Below, piece by piece: positions 50,230 to 58,456 of a stretch of DNA of 64,000 bases. Both the position numbers and the translations under genes were made by a program. Numbering within the stretch: position 1 is the stretch's first letter; each line of letters opens with the position of its first letter. The stretch spans positions 37,095-101,094 of the forward strand of contig JBLXEY010000009.1 in the NCBI GenBank assembly GCA_048262655.1, given 5' to 3'. The notes under the pieces were generated by a model. The model was not told the DNA's origin. It ran no database searches and saw only the letters and a program-made list of their open reading frames with translations. The stretch comes from Rhodospirillales bacterium (lineage in GTDB: Bacteria; Pseudomonadota; Alphaproteobacteria; Rhodospirillales; Casp-alpha2).

Positions 50230-51039
50230 CTATTTTTTTAGAAGTTCACGTAATGCCGCTAGTTCCTGTTCTACGGTATCAAGTTTCGCTTCTATGGCTT
50301 CGCCTTCGGACTTTAGCTCGGTTGCAACCATACGATGCTGTGTCTGCATCGAATCGACGATCACACCGATAAACAGGTTTATGACGGCAAAACTGGTCAA
50401 AAGAATAAAGGGCACGAAGAAAATCCAGGCATAGGGGTAGAGTTCCATGACCGGTCTGACGATGCCCATTGACCAGCTTTCCAAGGTCATGATCTGGAAC
50501 AAGGAATACATGGACCGGCCGATGTGGCCGAACCACGCTGGAAAATCCGGTCCGTACAGGTTTGTCGCAAGTACAGCGCTGACGTAAAAAATCAAAAGGA
50601 TCAAGGCCACAATCGATAACATGCCGGGAATAGCGGTTATAAATGCCTGAACCACGTTACGCATCTGCGGAACAACAGAGAGCAGCCGCAAGACCCGCAA
50701 AATCCGCAATGCACGAACGATCGCAAAGGGACCGGACGCCGGAACCAGGGCGATGGCAACCACGATAAAGTCAAAGACATTCCAGCCATTTTTGAAAAAA
50801 CCCAGTCCCCGAAACATCATTTTTGCGGCGATTTCAATAATGAAAATGACAAGGATGCCCTTATCAAATGCAATCAGCATATCTCCATATTCAGCCATCA
50901 CTTGCGGAAACGTCTCGAGGCCCAGAATAAACGCATTCAGGACAATCAGAATCGTAATTGAAAGCTGGAACCGGTCTCCTTCTACCCACTGACCGATACG
51001 TTCTCTATATGCCATTACTGCTCTCCGGGCGCTAATCAT
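50230..51039 (-). CDS. bacterial voltage-gated sodium channel (NaChBac/BacNav family)
   Basis: Six TM segments. S4 is 'VRALRILRVLRLLSVVPQMR', the selectivity filter is 'FQIMTLESWSMGIVRP', and there is a C-terminal coiled coil. Confidence 0.88.
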   Translation of the reverse strand: MISARRAVMAYRERIGQWVEGDRFQLSITILIVLNAFILGLETFPQVMAEYGDMLIAFDKGILVIFIIEIAAKMMFRGLGFFKNGWNVFDFIVVAIALVPASGPFAIVRALRILRVLRLLSVVPQMRNVVQAFITAIPGMLSIVALILLIFYVSAVLATNLYGPDFPAWFGHIGRSMYSLFQIMTLESWSMGIVRPVMELYPYAWIFFVPFILLTSFAVINLFIGVIVDSMQTQHRMVATELKSEGEAIEAKLDTVEQELAALRELLKK

Positions 51040-51178
51040 TAAGCGGGTCTCTGTGTTGACCCTTGTCAGTTTCGTGTCATAACCGTATTTAGGAGGTTTT
51101 CCAACGGCTGAAAGCTTTCAATTAAAAAAAGTGCCGCCAAGGATTCCCGTCGGGCCAAAGAAAGGGTAATGTATTCAC

Positions 51179-51487
51179 ATGATAAAACTTGTTTCAGTAT
51201 CATTAGTCTTATTGACGGTTGCGGGCTGCACCAAACCTGTCACCAAATGGCAACAATCCGGTGTTTCAGAGGCACAGTGGACGGAAGATCGCGCCGAGTG
51301 TCATGCATGGTCCCGACGCGAAGCAGAAAAAGCCTATAGAGAAGTCCCCGCGTCCTCTTCTATGAGCGAAACAGACAACAGTTTTCGACGTTTTATGGGA
51401 GGGTATGATTCCAAAAAATCCCAACAACGATTTATGGAAACCTGTCTGAGACGTTTGGGCTACCGCCCGTCGGAAAAGGGCGAATAA
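51179..51487 (+). CDS. hypothetical lipoprotein
   Basis: 102 aa with lipobox 'LTVAGC'. Confidence 0.6.
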   Translation: MIKLVSVSLVLLTVAGCTKPVTKWQQSGVSEAQWTEDRAECHAWSRREAEKAYREVPASSSMSETDNSFRRFMGGYDSKKSQQRFMETCLRRLGYRPSEKGE

Positions 51488-51495
51488 GATAAAGC

Positions 51496-51524
51496 AAAGG
51501 CGGCTCCTGAAGGAGCCGCCTTTT
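51496..51524. terminator. bidirectional rho-independent terminator
   Basis: aaaggcggctcc-tgaa-ggagccgcctttt. A GC-rich 9-bp stem is flanked by A and T tracts, between convergent genes. Confidence 0.75.
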
Positions 51525-51550
51525 CGCGCTACCGCTTGGGTGGGAGGGTC

Positions 51551-51937
51551 CTAAGCGGCGATGCGTGTATCTTCTTCGACTGTAGTCGCCGGTTGGGCGT
51601 TTGCAGTTTTCTTAATGAACTCAATGTTGGAAGCAACAGGCTGAAGCGGTTCACGGTTGAGCGAGCCATTCAGAATAGCTTCAATATCGCCACGTGTGAC
51701 GCCGATATCATCAAGCAACCGGTCATCCATTGCATAAAGCTCGCTTTGGATACGGCTGATTTCCAGCTTGTTACGTACCCAACTGACGGCTCCGGAAACA
51801 GCCTTTGAAACGGCCGTTGAAAGCGATGCGAAAATAACGGCAAAGGCTTCAGCGCGCATTTTATGAGCTTGAATTTCGACATCTGAGAGATAAATCTGAT
51901 CAGCAGGCATTTTGAACGTATAATTTGAGTTTGTCAT
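51551..51937 (-). CDS. DUF1127 domain protein (unusually long, 128 aa)
   Basis: 'SELYAMDDRLLDDIGVTRGDI' is the DUF1127 core. Confidence 0.65.
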   Translation of the reverse strand: MTNSNYTFKMPADQIYLSDVEIQAHKMRAEAFAVIFASLSTAVSKAVSGAVSWVRNKLEISRIQSELYAMDDRLLDDIGVTRGDIEAILNGSLNREPLQPVASNIEFIKKTANAQPATTVEEDTRIAA

Positions 51938-52142
51938 AATAGACTTCCATTTCTTATTCTTGCAGTGACGAACCCAGTTGAGATGCCCCAGCGGCCTTAT
52001 TTGGTTCGTCGTTTAAATCTTACAAAGAGAACATAGTCCGATCGTCAAAATAAAAAACTGCTAATGCTGCAGCGCAGCAATGCATTCTACGCATAGCTAG
52101 AAACGCCTTGCCAGACGCACATCCATTACTTAGCTTTGGCTC

Positions 52143-54167
52143 ATGAACAAATACGAAAATGATGATGCAATTGGCGTGCTTTTGAACCAGTCTGGCGCTG
52201 AAATCAGTGAAAGCGACGTTTCTTCACTGATTAAAGGTGTCGCTGCCGCGCCACCTTCATCTTCTCGTGATGAATGGATTAATCTCATCACGGAAAAACC
52301 ATCCAGTGCACTCACGTCAGCATTACAAGATCGCCTCAATGCTGCAATGCAATCAAACGGTGGCCTGGATGGAGAACCAACCCACCCCGAACGTATTGCT
52401 GCCCTGCGCGCAGAAATGGCGCATGTGGGAGTCGATGGATTTATTGTACCCCGCACGGACGCCCATCAGGGAGAATATGTTTCTGTAAACGCCGAACGTC
52501 TGGCCTGGCTAACCGGATTTACAGGATCGGCAGGTTCCGCCGTTGTCCTTAAAGACAAAGCCGCCATATTTGTCGATGGCCGATATACATTGCAAGCAAA
52601 AGACCAGGTCGACAGCAATTGCTTCGAAATTTGCCACATGATTGATATCTCGGCGACAACGTGGGTCAGCAGATCCCTGAACGAAAACACAAAACTGGCC
52701 TACGATCCATGGCTTTTAACGCCAAACCAGGTGGCCGGCTTCAGAGCTGCCTGCAAAAAGGCCGGCGCCGAATTGGTAGCGATTGATGAAAATCTTGTCG
52801 ACCGGGTTTGGCAAGATCGACCGGATGACCCGATTTCGCCCATAAACCCGCAACTAGATGCGTATAGCGGTCAAACGTCTGCCGATAAGCGCCTGGAGGT
52901 GGGGGCATCGTTATCCGAACAAGGGGTCGATACGGTTTTTCTGTCAGCACCCGATTCCATTGCCTGGCTCTTGAACATACGCGGTGCTGATATTCCGTTC
53001 ACGCCCTTCGCCCTGTCCTTCGCCTTGCTCAATGCCGATGGCACGGCAGAATGGTTCGTCGATCCTCGTAAATTGACGAAAGGCATCAAAAGTCATTTGG
53101 GTAACGGCATTACGCTCCGCAGACCTGATGAATTGAGCGATGCCTTCGATGTTCTTGGCGCAAAGGCGGCCGTCGTCGGTTTAAGTCCCAGCGAACATCC
53201 TGCATGGGCTTTCCAAAAGCTGGAAAAGGCGGGGGCCAGGATTGTCCGTGGGACAGACCCCTGTCAGTTAATTAAATCCGTAAAAAACAAAACCGAGCTG
53301 TCCGGTATTCGCAATGCGCATACAAGAGACGGGGCTGCCGTTTGCAGGTTTCTTGCCTGGATTGACAAAAATGCGGCCCAGGGTGCGCTCAGCGAACTAA
53401 GTGCTTCCGATCAGCTGGAGCTTTTTCGCCAGGAAAATCAGCTTTTTCGGGGCTTGAGTTTTCCAACAATTGCCGGGTCTGGCCCCAATGGAGCCATTGT
53501 CCACTATCGGGTTACGGAAAAAACCAATCGACCGCTTGACCAAAATTCACTTTTTCTGGTCGATTCAGGTGCCCAGTATTTGGATGGGACAACAGACATT
53601 ACCCGTACCATTTCAATCGGCACACCGTCCGCGGAAATGAAGCGCAACTTTACACTCGTTTTAAAGGGCCACATTGCCTTGGCAGAAGCCCGTTTTCCGG
53701 TTGGCACAACAGGTTCTCAACTCGATATCCTTGCCCGCTCGCCCTTATGGAACGCAGGTCTTGATTATGATCACGGCACGGGACACGGCGTTGGTGCTCA
53801 CCTGTCTGTCCATGAAGGACCACAACGCATTTCCAAAATGCCGAGCACCGTTGCCTTGCAGCCGGGCATGGTGATATCCAATGAGCCCGGTTACTATAAA
53901 GAGGCGGCATACGGAATACGTATCGAAAATCTGGTATGTGTCCGCTCGATTGACGATATCGATGGCGCAGAACGTTCGATGCTTGGCTTTGAGACGCTAA
54001 CCTTTGCCCCAATTGATCGTCGCCTGATTATCAGCGACCTGTTATCCGAGGCCGAAGCCCGATGGTTAGATGCCTATCATGCAGACGTTTACGCGAAAAT
54101 CGCCCCTCAGATTGAAGGCGACGATTTGAGATGGCTGGAGCGGGCGACCGCTCCTCTTGAAACCTAG
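52143..54167 (+). CDS. pepP: aminopeptidase P family (M24B Xaa-Pro aminopeptidase)
   Basis: 'GFIVPRTDAHQGEYV', 'DSGAQY..GTTDITRT', 'HGTGHGVG' and 'SNEPGYY' are present. The extra N-terminal 70 aa or so are uncertain (alternative ATG 52347). Confidence 0.88.
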   Translation: MNKYENDDAIGVLLNQSGAEISESDVSSLIKGVAAAPPSSSRDEWINLITEKPSSALTSALQDRLNAAMQSNGGLDGEPTHPERIAALRAEMAHVGVDGFIVPRTDAHQGEYVSVNAERLAWLTGFTGSAGSAVVLKDKAAIFVDGRYTLQAKDQVDSNCFEICHMIDISATTWVSRSLNENTKLAYDPWLLTPNQVAGFRAACKKAGAELVAIDENLVDRVWQDRPDDPISPINPQLDAYSGQTSADKRLEVGASLSEQGVDTVFLSAPDSIAWLLNIRGADIPFTPFALSFALLNADGTAEWFVDPRKLTKGIKSHLGNGITLRRPDELSDAFDVLGAKAAVVGLSPSEHPAWAFQKLEKAGARIVRGTDPCQLIKSVKNKTELSGIRNAHTRDGAAVCRFLAWIDKNAAQGALSELSASDQLELFRQENQLFRGLSFPTIAGSGPNGAIVHYRVTEKTNRPLDQNSLFLVDSGAQYLDGTTDITRTISIGTPSAEMKRNFTLVLKGHIALAEARFPVGTTGSQLDILARSPLWNAGLDYDHGTGHGVGAHLSVHEGPQRISKMPSTVALQPGMVISNEPGYYKEAAYGIRIENLVCVRSIDDIDGAERSMLGFETLTFAPIDRRLIISDLLSEAEARWLDAYHADVYAKIAPQIEGDDLRWLERATAPLET

Positions 54168-55039
54168 GACTTTATCAAAGTCTGCAGTAGCTTGCTGACA
54201 ACACGTGGCAACGCGTCAACATCACGAACTCCGGCCAATAAATTTCGACGCGCCCATGGGTCGGTTAACCCTATGACCGCCAGCCCATTTTGATCCGGAA
54301 TCGAGCCAATGGGAAGCACGGCAACACCAAGCCCATGCTCAACCATTCTTCGAACCCCATCAAAACTTGTGACCTGTACGGCAAATGTCAAAGACAATTC
54401 GCTGTCTGCGGCAACTTTCTCCAGGTGACCGAGCAATGAGCTGCCCGGTGGCAACCCAACATGGGGAAACGCCAGAGTTTCATTAAAGGCGATGGATTTT
54501 GTACCCGCCAATTCATGGTCTTTTGGCGCAATGACAACCAGTTGATCTTGATGGTATTGAAAAACCTCCAGTTCCCCAAAGTCGACGACTTCGGAAAAAA
54601 TGGCGATATCCGCAAGACCTTCTATCACATCATTAACAGCGCGGGCGCTGGTGTCTTCGCGCATGGCAATACGAATTTGAGGGTTTTCCTTCTTAAAAAC
54701 CGACAAATCTTTTGGTAAAAACTGAGTAATTGCAGATGTATTTGCGACAACCCGCACATGCCCTCTCACACCATCGGAGTGTTCGCTCATTTCTGCTTCC
54801 ATTCGCGCCAAGAGCCGGACCAGACTGCGCGCATGCCGGATAAGCGCCTGCCCGGCTTCGGTCGGCTCCACACCCTTTGCTCTGCGGTACAACAAAGGTG
54901 TTCCCAGCCTGTGCTCGAGGTCTGAAATGCGTCGGCTCACGGCAGAAGGCACAATCGCATTGGCTGTCGCAGCGGCAGCGATGGAACCGTGATCAACGGT
55001 GCTGAGGAATAATTCCAGGGTTGTTAAATCAAAACGAAT
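54164..55039 (-). CDS. LysR-family transcriptional regulator (probable AUU start)
   Basis: An HTH '...FDLTTLELFLSTVDHGSIAAAATANAIVPSAVSRRISDLEHRLGTPLLYR' is only encoded if translation starts upstream of the GTG at 54952. ATT at 55039-55037 lies 6-8 nt after GGAGAG. Confidence 0.8.
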   Translation of the reverse strand: MRFDLTTLELFLSTVDHGSIAAAATANAIVPSAVSRRISDLEHRLGTPLLYRRAKGVEPTEAGQALIRHARSLVRLLARMEAEMSEHSDGVRGHVRVVANTSAITQFLPKDLSVFKKENPQIRIAMREDTSARAVNDVIEGLADIAIFSEVVDFGELEVFQYHQDQLVVIAPKDHELAGTKSIAFNETLAFPHVGLPPGSSLLGHLEKVAADSELSLTFAVQVTSFDGVRRMVEHGLGVAVLPIGSIPDQNGLAVIGLTDPWARRNLLAGVRDVDALPRVVSKLLQTLIKS

Positions 55040-55051
55040 GGTTTTCTCTCC

Positions 55052-55987
55052 TCAGTCATTGCAAACCCGTTTTCTCGGTAAAGCACGCACATGGCCACCT
55101 GTATCCACATCCGGTAATTGATCAATAAGGGCCGCCGCGTCCAACAGTTTCCCAAGACCGATACCCGTCTTCACTCCCATATTTTCAAAGGTGAAAACCA
55201 GGTCTTCACTAGCGGTATTTCCCGATGCTCCCGGCGCAAACGGACATCCCCCCAACCCGGCCGCCGCCGCATCGAAAACCCGGATACCCGCCTCATAAGC
55301 ATAAAGCGCATTCGCCACACCAAGGCCATAGGTATCGTGCCCATGAAACGCCCATCCAACGTTTGGCTCCGCTTTATAAGCATCAACCACCTCTGTGCAG
55401 AGTGATCGCACATGATCGGGAAAGGCCCGTCCCGTCGTATCACACAATCCAAATTCCATCGGCATATCCATAGCGAGACTTTGCTGGATAATATCTCTCA
55501 CCGCTTTTTCTGGAACACGTCCCTCATAAGGGCAATCAAAGACCGTGGCGATGTTCACGCGCAATTGAAAGCCGGGCACCTGCCGTCCCATCTCGACAAT
55601 TTTTTCAAGCTCGCCCAAAGAGTCCGCAACGGGTCGTTTAACATTACTTTGATTATGTGATTCCGAGGCAGAAAGCACAAAGACAAGATCAGAAATCCCG
55701 GCTTCAATGGCATTTTTCGCCCCAAAGGCATTTGGAACCAAAGTGCTTAAACGGACACCAGCAAGCTTTTGCCGCTCGGAGACAGCTTTGTGGACCTCCG
55801 CCGTATCCGCCATTTGTGGAATGGCTTTTGGGCTGACAAAAGCCCCCACTTCTACCCGCTTGAAGTTTGCGTCCAGAAGAGCATGGGTGACCTCAATTTT
55901 CTGCGCTGTCGGGATCGGTGTTTTAACCGCTTGAAAGCCATCTCGTGGCGCGACGTCAACAATTTCGACAGTGTTTATTTGGCTCAT
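55052..55987 (-). CDS. HMG-CoA-lyase-like (HMGL/DRE-TIM) acyl-CoA lyase
   Basis: 'VEIVDVAPRDGFQ', 'HGHDTYGLGVANALYAYEAG' and 'GLGGCPFAPGASGN' are present. It has an ATGA overlap with the upstream CoA-transferase gene. Confidence 0.85.
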   Translation of the reverse strand: MSQINTVEIVDVAPRDGFQAVKTPIPTAQKIEVTHALLDANFKRVEVGAFVSPKAIPQMADTAEVHKAVSERQKLAGVRLSTLVPNAFGAKNAIEAGISDLVFVLSASESHNQSNVKRPVADSLGELEKIVEMGRQVPGFQLRVNIATVFDCPYEGRVPEKAVRDIIQQSLAMDMPMEFGLCDTTGRAFPDHVRSLCTEVVDAYKAEPNVGWAFHGHDTYGLGVANALYAYEAGIRVFDAAAAGLGGCPFAPGASGNTASEDLVFTFENMGVKTGIGLGKLLDAAALIDQLPDVDTGGHVRALPRKRVCND

Positions 55988-57222
55988 AGGGCACCTTCCG
56001 ACTTCAGGGTATTGATTTGTTGATCCGTCATATTCAAGAGATCACTGAGCACATCGTCCGTATGCGCGCCGACTTCCGGGCCCGGCCAGGCGATACCCGT
56101 CCCATCACTTCCCGAAACCTTTGGGATGACACCCGGATGTAAGACATTCCCAAAGTTTGGATCATCAACCGGCTGGATCATACCTCGCGCCTGAAACTGT
56201 GGATCGTTCGCGCAGTCTTCGATTGTATAGATTAATGTGGACGGGATATCGGCTTCAGCCAAAACGGTTTCAACGGATTTTGCATCGAAATTTTTTGCCC
56301 ATCTGGCAATCGCTTCATCCAGTTCCAAAGCATTCTCCACACGGCCGGGGTTATCTGCAAACCGCGGGTCGTCGGCTAAATCAAGGCGTTTCATCAAGAT
56401 CATCAACCGCCTGAAAAGAGCGTCCGAATTTGCCGCGATAATAATCCAGCGGCCATCTTTGGTGGGATATGCATTGGACGGGGCATTCGTCGGAAGCGTC
56501 GCGCCCGTTGGTTGGCGAATTTCACCCAGTTTGCCATATTCAGGAAGGCATCCTTCCAGCAGTGAAAACACCGATTCTGTCAGAGCAACATCTACGGATC
56601 GGGCTTTTTCGTCGGGGCGCTTCTGCTTGTCAAAGACGGCTGACATTAAACCGATTGCCGCATAAAGACCGGCGACCATATCGCCAAGGCTCACACCCGT
56701 ACGCGCCGGTGGCAGCTCCGTCATCCCTTCCGGAAATCCTGTCAAATGTCGCAAGCCACCGATGGCTTCTCCGATCACACCGAAGGCAGCGCGGTCACGG
56801 TCTGGCCCTGTTTGTCCATAGCCGGAAACATGAACAACCACACAATCAGGATTGATTTGCGAGATCACATCTTCACCAAGCCCCCAGCGCTCCAGTTGAC
56901 CCGGCCTGAAGTTTTCAACAACAGCGTCGCATTCCGCAATAAGCTGTTTGGCAACATTCAAACCACTCGGGTTCTTAAGGTTAATCGTCACAGATTTTTT
57001 ATTGCGCCCGTGCACAGACCACCAAAGGCTTTTCCCATCAACCCGTTTGCCCCAACTTCGCACAGGATCGCCTTTTTCAGGGGTTTCGATTTTGATAATT
57101 TCAGCCCCCAAATCACCTAACACACGCGTACAAAAAGGTGCGGCAATAAAGTGTCCCAATTCAAGAACACGCAATCCCGTCAATGGCCCATGCTGGTTTG
57201 ATTTGGTCATCGTGTCCGCCAT
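55984..57222 (-). CDS. class III (CaiB/BaiF) CoA-transferase
   Basis: 'GPLTGLRVLELGHFIAAPFC', 'VVENFRPG' and 'GLGDMVAG'-type motifs. Confidence 0.88.
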   Translation of the reverse strand: MADTMTKSNQHGPLTGLRVLELGHFIAAPFCTRVLGDLGAEIIKIETPEKGDPVRSWGKRVDGKSLWWSVHGRNKKSVTINLKNPSGLNVAKQLIAECDAVVENFRPGQLERWGLGEDVISQINPDCVVVHVSGYGQTGPDRDRAAFGVIGEAIGGLRHLTGFPEGMTELPPARTGVSLGDMVAGLYAAIGLMSAVFDKQKRPDEKARSVDVALTESVFSLLEGCLPEYGKLGEIRQPTGATLPTNAPSNAYPTKDGRWIIIAANSDALFRRLMILMKRLDLADDPRFADNPGRVENALELDEAIARWAKNFDAKSVETVLAEADIPSTLIYTIEDCANDPQFQARGMIQPVDDPNFGNVLHPGVIPKVSGSDGTGIAWPGPEVGAHTDDVLSDLLNMTDQQINTLKSEGAL

Positions 57223-57609
57223 TTAATGATCCACATAATTCGAAATTTCGACAAGATTGCCATCCGGGTCATAGAAATAGACGGATAGGATTGGCCCTGT
57301 CGCTCCTGATTTCTCAACCGGGCCCAAATCAATGTCGACGTTATGACTTTTTAAGTGGGCAATGACATCATTTAGCGGTGTTTCTGTGATCAGGCAGAAA
57401 TCTCCTGAACCCGCTGTTGGTTGCTTTGCCCGCTCCGGATAGGGGTTGGCAGCAGGATGCAAATTTATTTTTTGGCTTCCAAACCGCAGGCCTTTTCGCC
57501 CCCCGGCAAATGTAAAACCCTCCATTCCCAGAACGCGCTCGTAAAACGCGATGGTTGCATCAACAGAGGCAACCGTGAGAACAATATGATCAATTCGGTC
57601 GATTATCAC
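57223..57609 (-). CDS. VOC (glyoxalase/bleomycin-resistance fold) family protein
   Basis: 128 aa. 'IDHIVLTVASVDATIAFYERVLGM' and 'YFYDPDGNLVEI' are present. Its stop abuts the next start (TAAATG). Confidence 0.8.
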   Translation of the reverse strand: MIIDRIDHIVLTVASVDATIAFYERVLGMEGFTFAGGRKGLRFGSQKINLHPAANPYPERAKQPTAGSGDFCLITETPLNDVIAHLKSHNVDIDLGPVEKSGATGPILSVYFYDPDGNLVEISNYVDH

Positions 57610-57694
57610 TTAGCAAATCCTTCCGGGGAAATGAGCGCTTCACCTCTTTATAACGAAGGTGTTCGATAACCGGTAACGGTCGTTGAAGATTTTT

Positions 57695-57715
57695 GACATC
57701 TCAAATTGTGATGTC
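57695..57715. promoter_or_regulatory. candidate LysR-type (T-N11-A) operator upstream of the VOC operon
   Basis: GACATC-N9-GATGTC is a perfect dyad containing ATC-N9-GAT, 86-106 nt upstream of the VOC start. A third GATGTC half-site lies at 57741-57746. Confidence 0.4.
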
Positions 57716-57758
57716 TTTTTTACATTTGGTCAATTTTTGCGATGTCTACACGCTTGAT

Positions 57759-58310
57759 TCAGCCCTTTTGGGCCTCATATAGATAGACCCGGCTTTTGTA
57801 GATATCGTCAGCCGCCTGCTCGTCAACCGGCCGCCAGTCGCGAAAGGCAAAGGTATTTGAAGCAACCAGCGCTCCTGTTTGTAGTTCCTGATCCAGTTTT
57901 ATCCGGAGCTTTTCCATGGGCTTCGGCAGCAAGTAACAGAGCACCAGCGTCGCATTTGACAGATCATGGGTATGAAAATTCCCGAGTTTGAAGCTGAGAT
58001 TATTCTGGCCAGAAATCGACAATCGTATTTTCGACACAACCCAGGGCAAAAGTGATATCTCGAAGCCGACGATCCGATGCTTGGGATAAGTCCTGGCCAG
58101 TGCAAAAGCCATCCCGCCCCAACCGCTGCCCAATTCATAAACACACGAGGTCTCTGGATCATGCGGCAAGCGTTTGGGGAGGATGCCAAGCAGGGCACGT
58201 CGAACTTTTGTTGACGTTGGAACAGGAGAAGAACCGGTTAGCATTGTAGGAATGAAGATGCTGGCGATAACTGTCATCGCCATGGTTAGAATAGTGAGTT
58301 CAAGCAGCAC
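57759..58310 (-). CDS. class I SAM-dependent methyltransferase with an N-terminal TM helix
   Basis: 'VYELGSGWGGMAF' is motif I. A hydrophobic N-terminal helix is present. Confidence 0.68.
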   Translation of the reverse strand: MLLELTILTMAMTVIASIFIPTMLTGSSPVPTSTKVRRALLGILPKRLPHDPETSCVYELGSGWGGMAFALARTYPKHRIVGFEISLLPWVVSKIRLSISGQNNLSFKLGNFHTHDLSNATLVLCYLLPKPMEKLRIKLDQELQTGALVASNTFAFRDWRPVDEQAADDIYKSRVYLYEAQKG

Positions 58311-58456
58311 GTCATTTCCCTATTCAATTAACCCCGGAATTGTATGTATCTTTTTCTCGGAAAGCCCGTTATAGCTGAGTTGTAAGCTTAAGATAAATGA
58401 GTAAAATCAAAAGCTGAACTTGAATAAAAAATGATCTGAAAGACGTACTTTTAGCC

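Noticed and set aside
54952-54952. GTG 54952 as the LysR start, as given by the ORF track.
   Set aside because: It would remove helix 1-2 of the winged HTH, although the upstream in-frame sequence encodes it perfectly. An AUU start at 55039 with a strong Shine-Dalgarno sequence is more parsimonious.
57695-57721. A plus-strand intrinsic-terminator-like hairpin (GACATC-loop-GATGTC plus T6), which suggested an orphan sRNA.
   Set aside because: There is no plus-strand gene or convincing promoter upstream. The stem is only 6 bp and AT-rich. Position and T-N11-A symmetry fit a LysR operator better, so I report it as that. The sRNA reading is not excluded.
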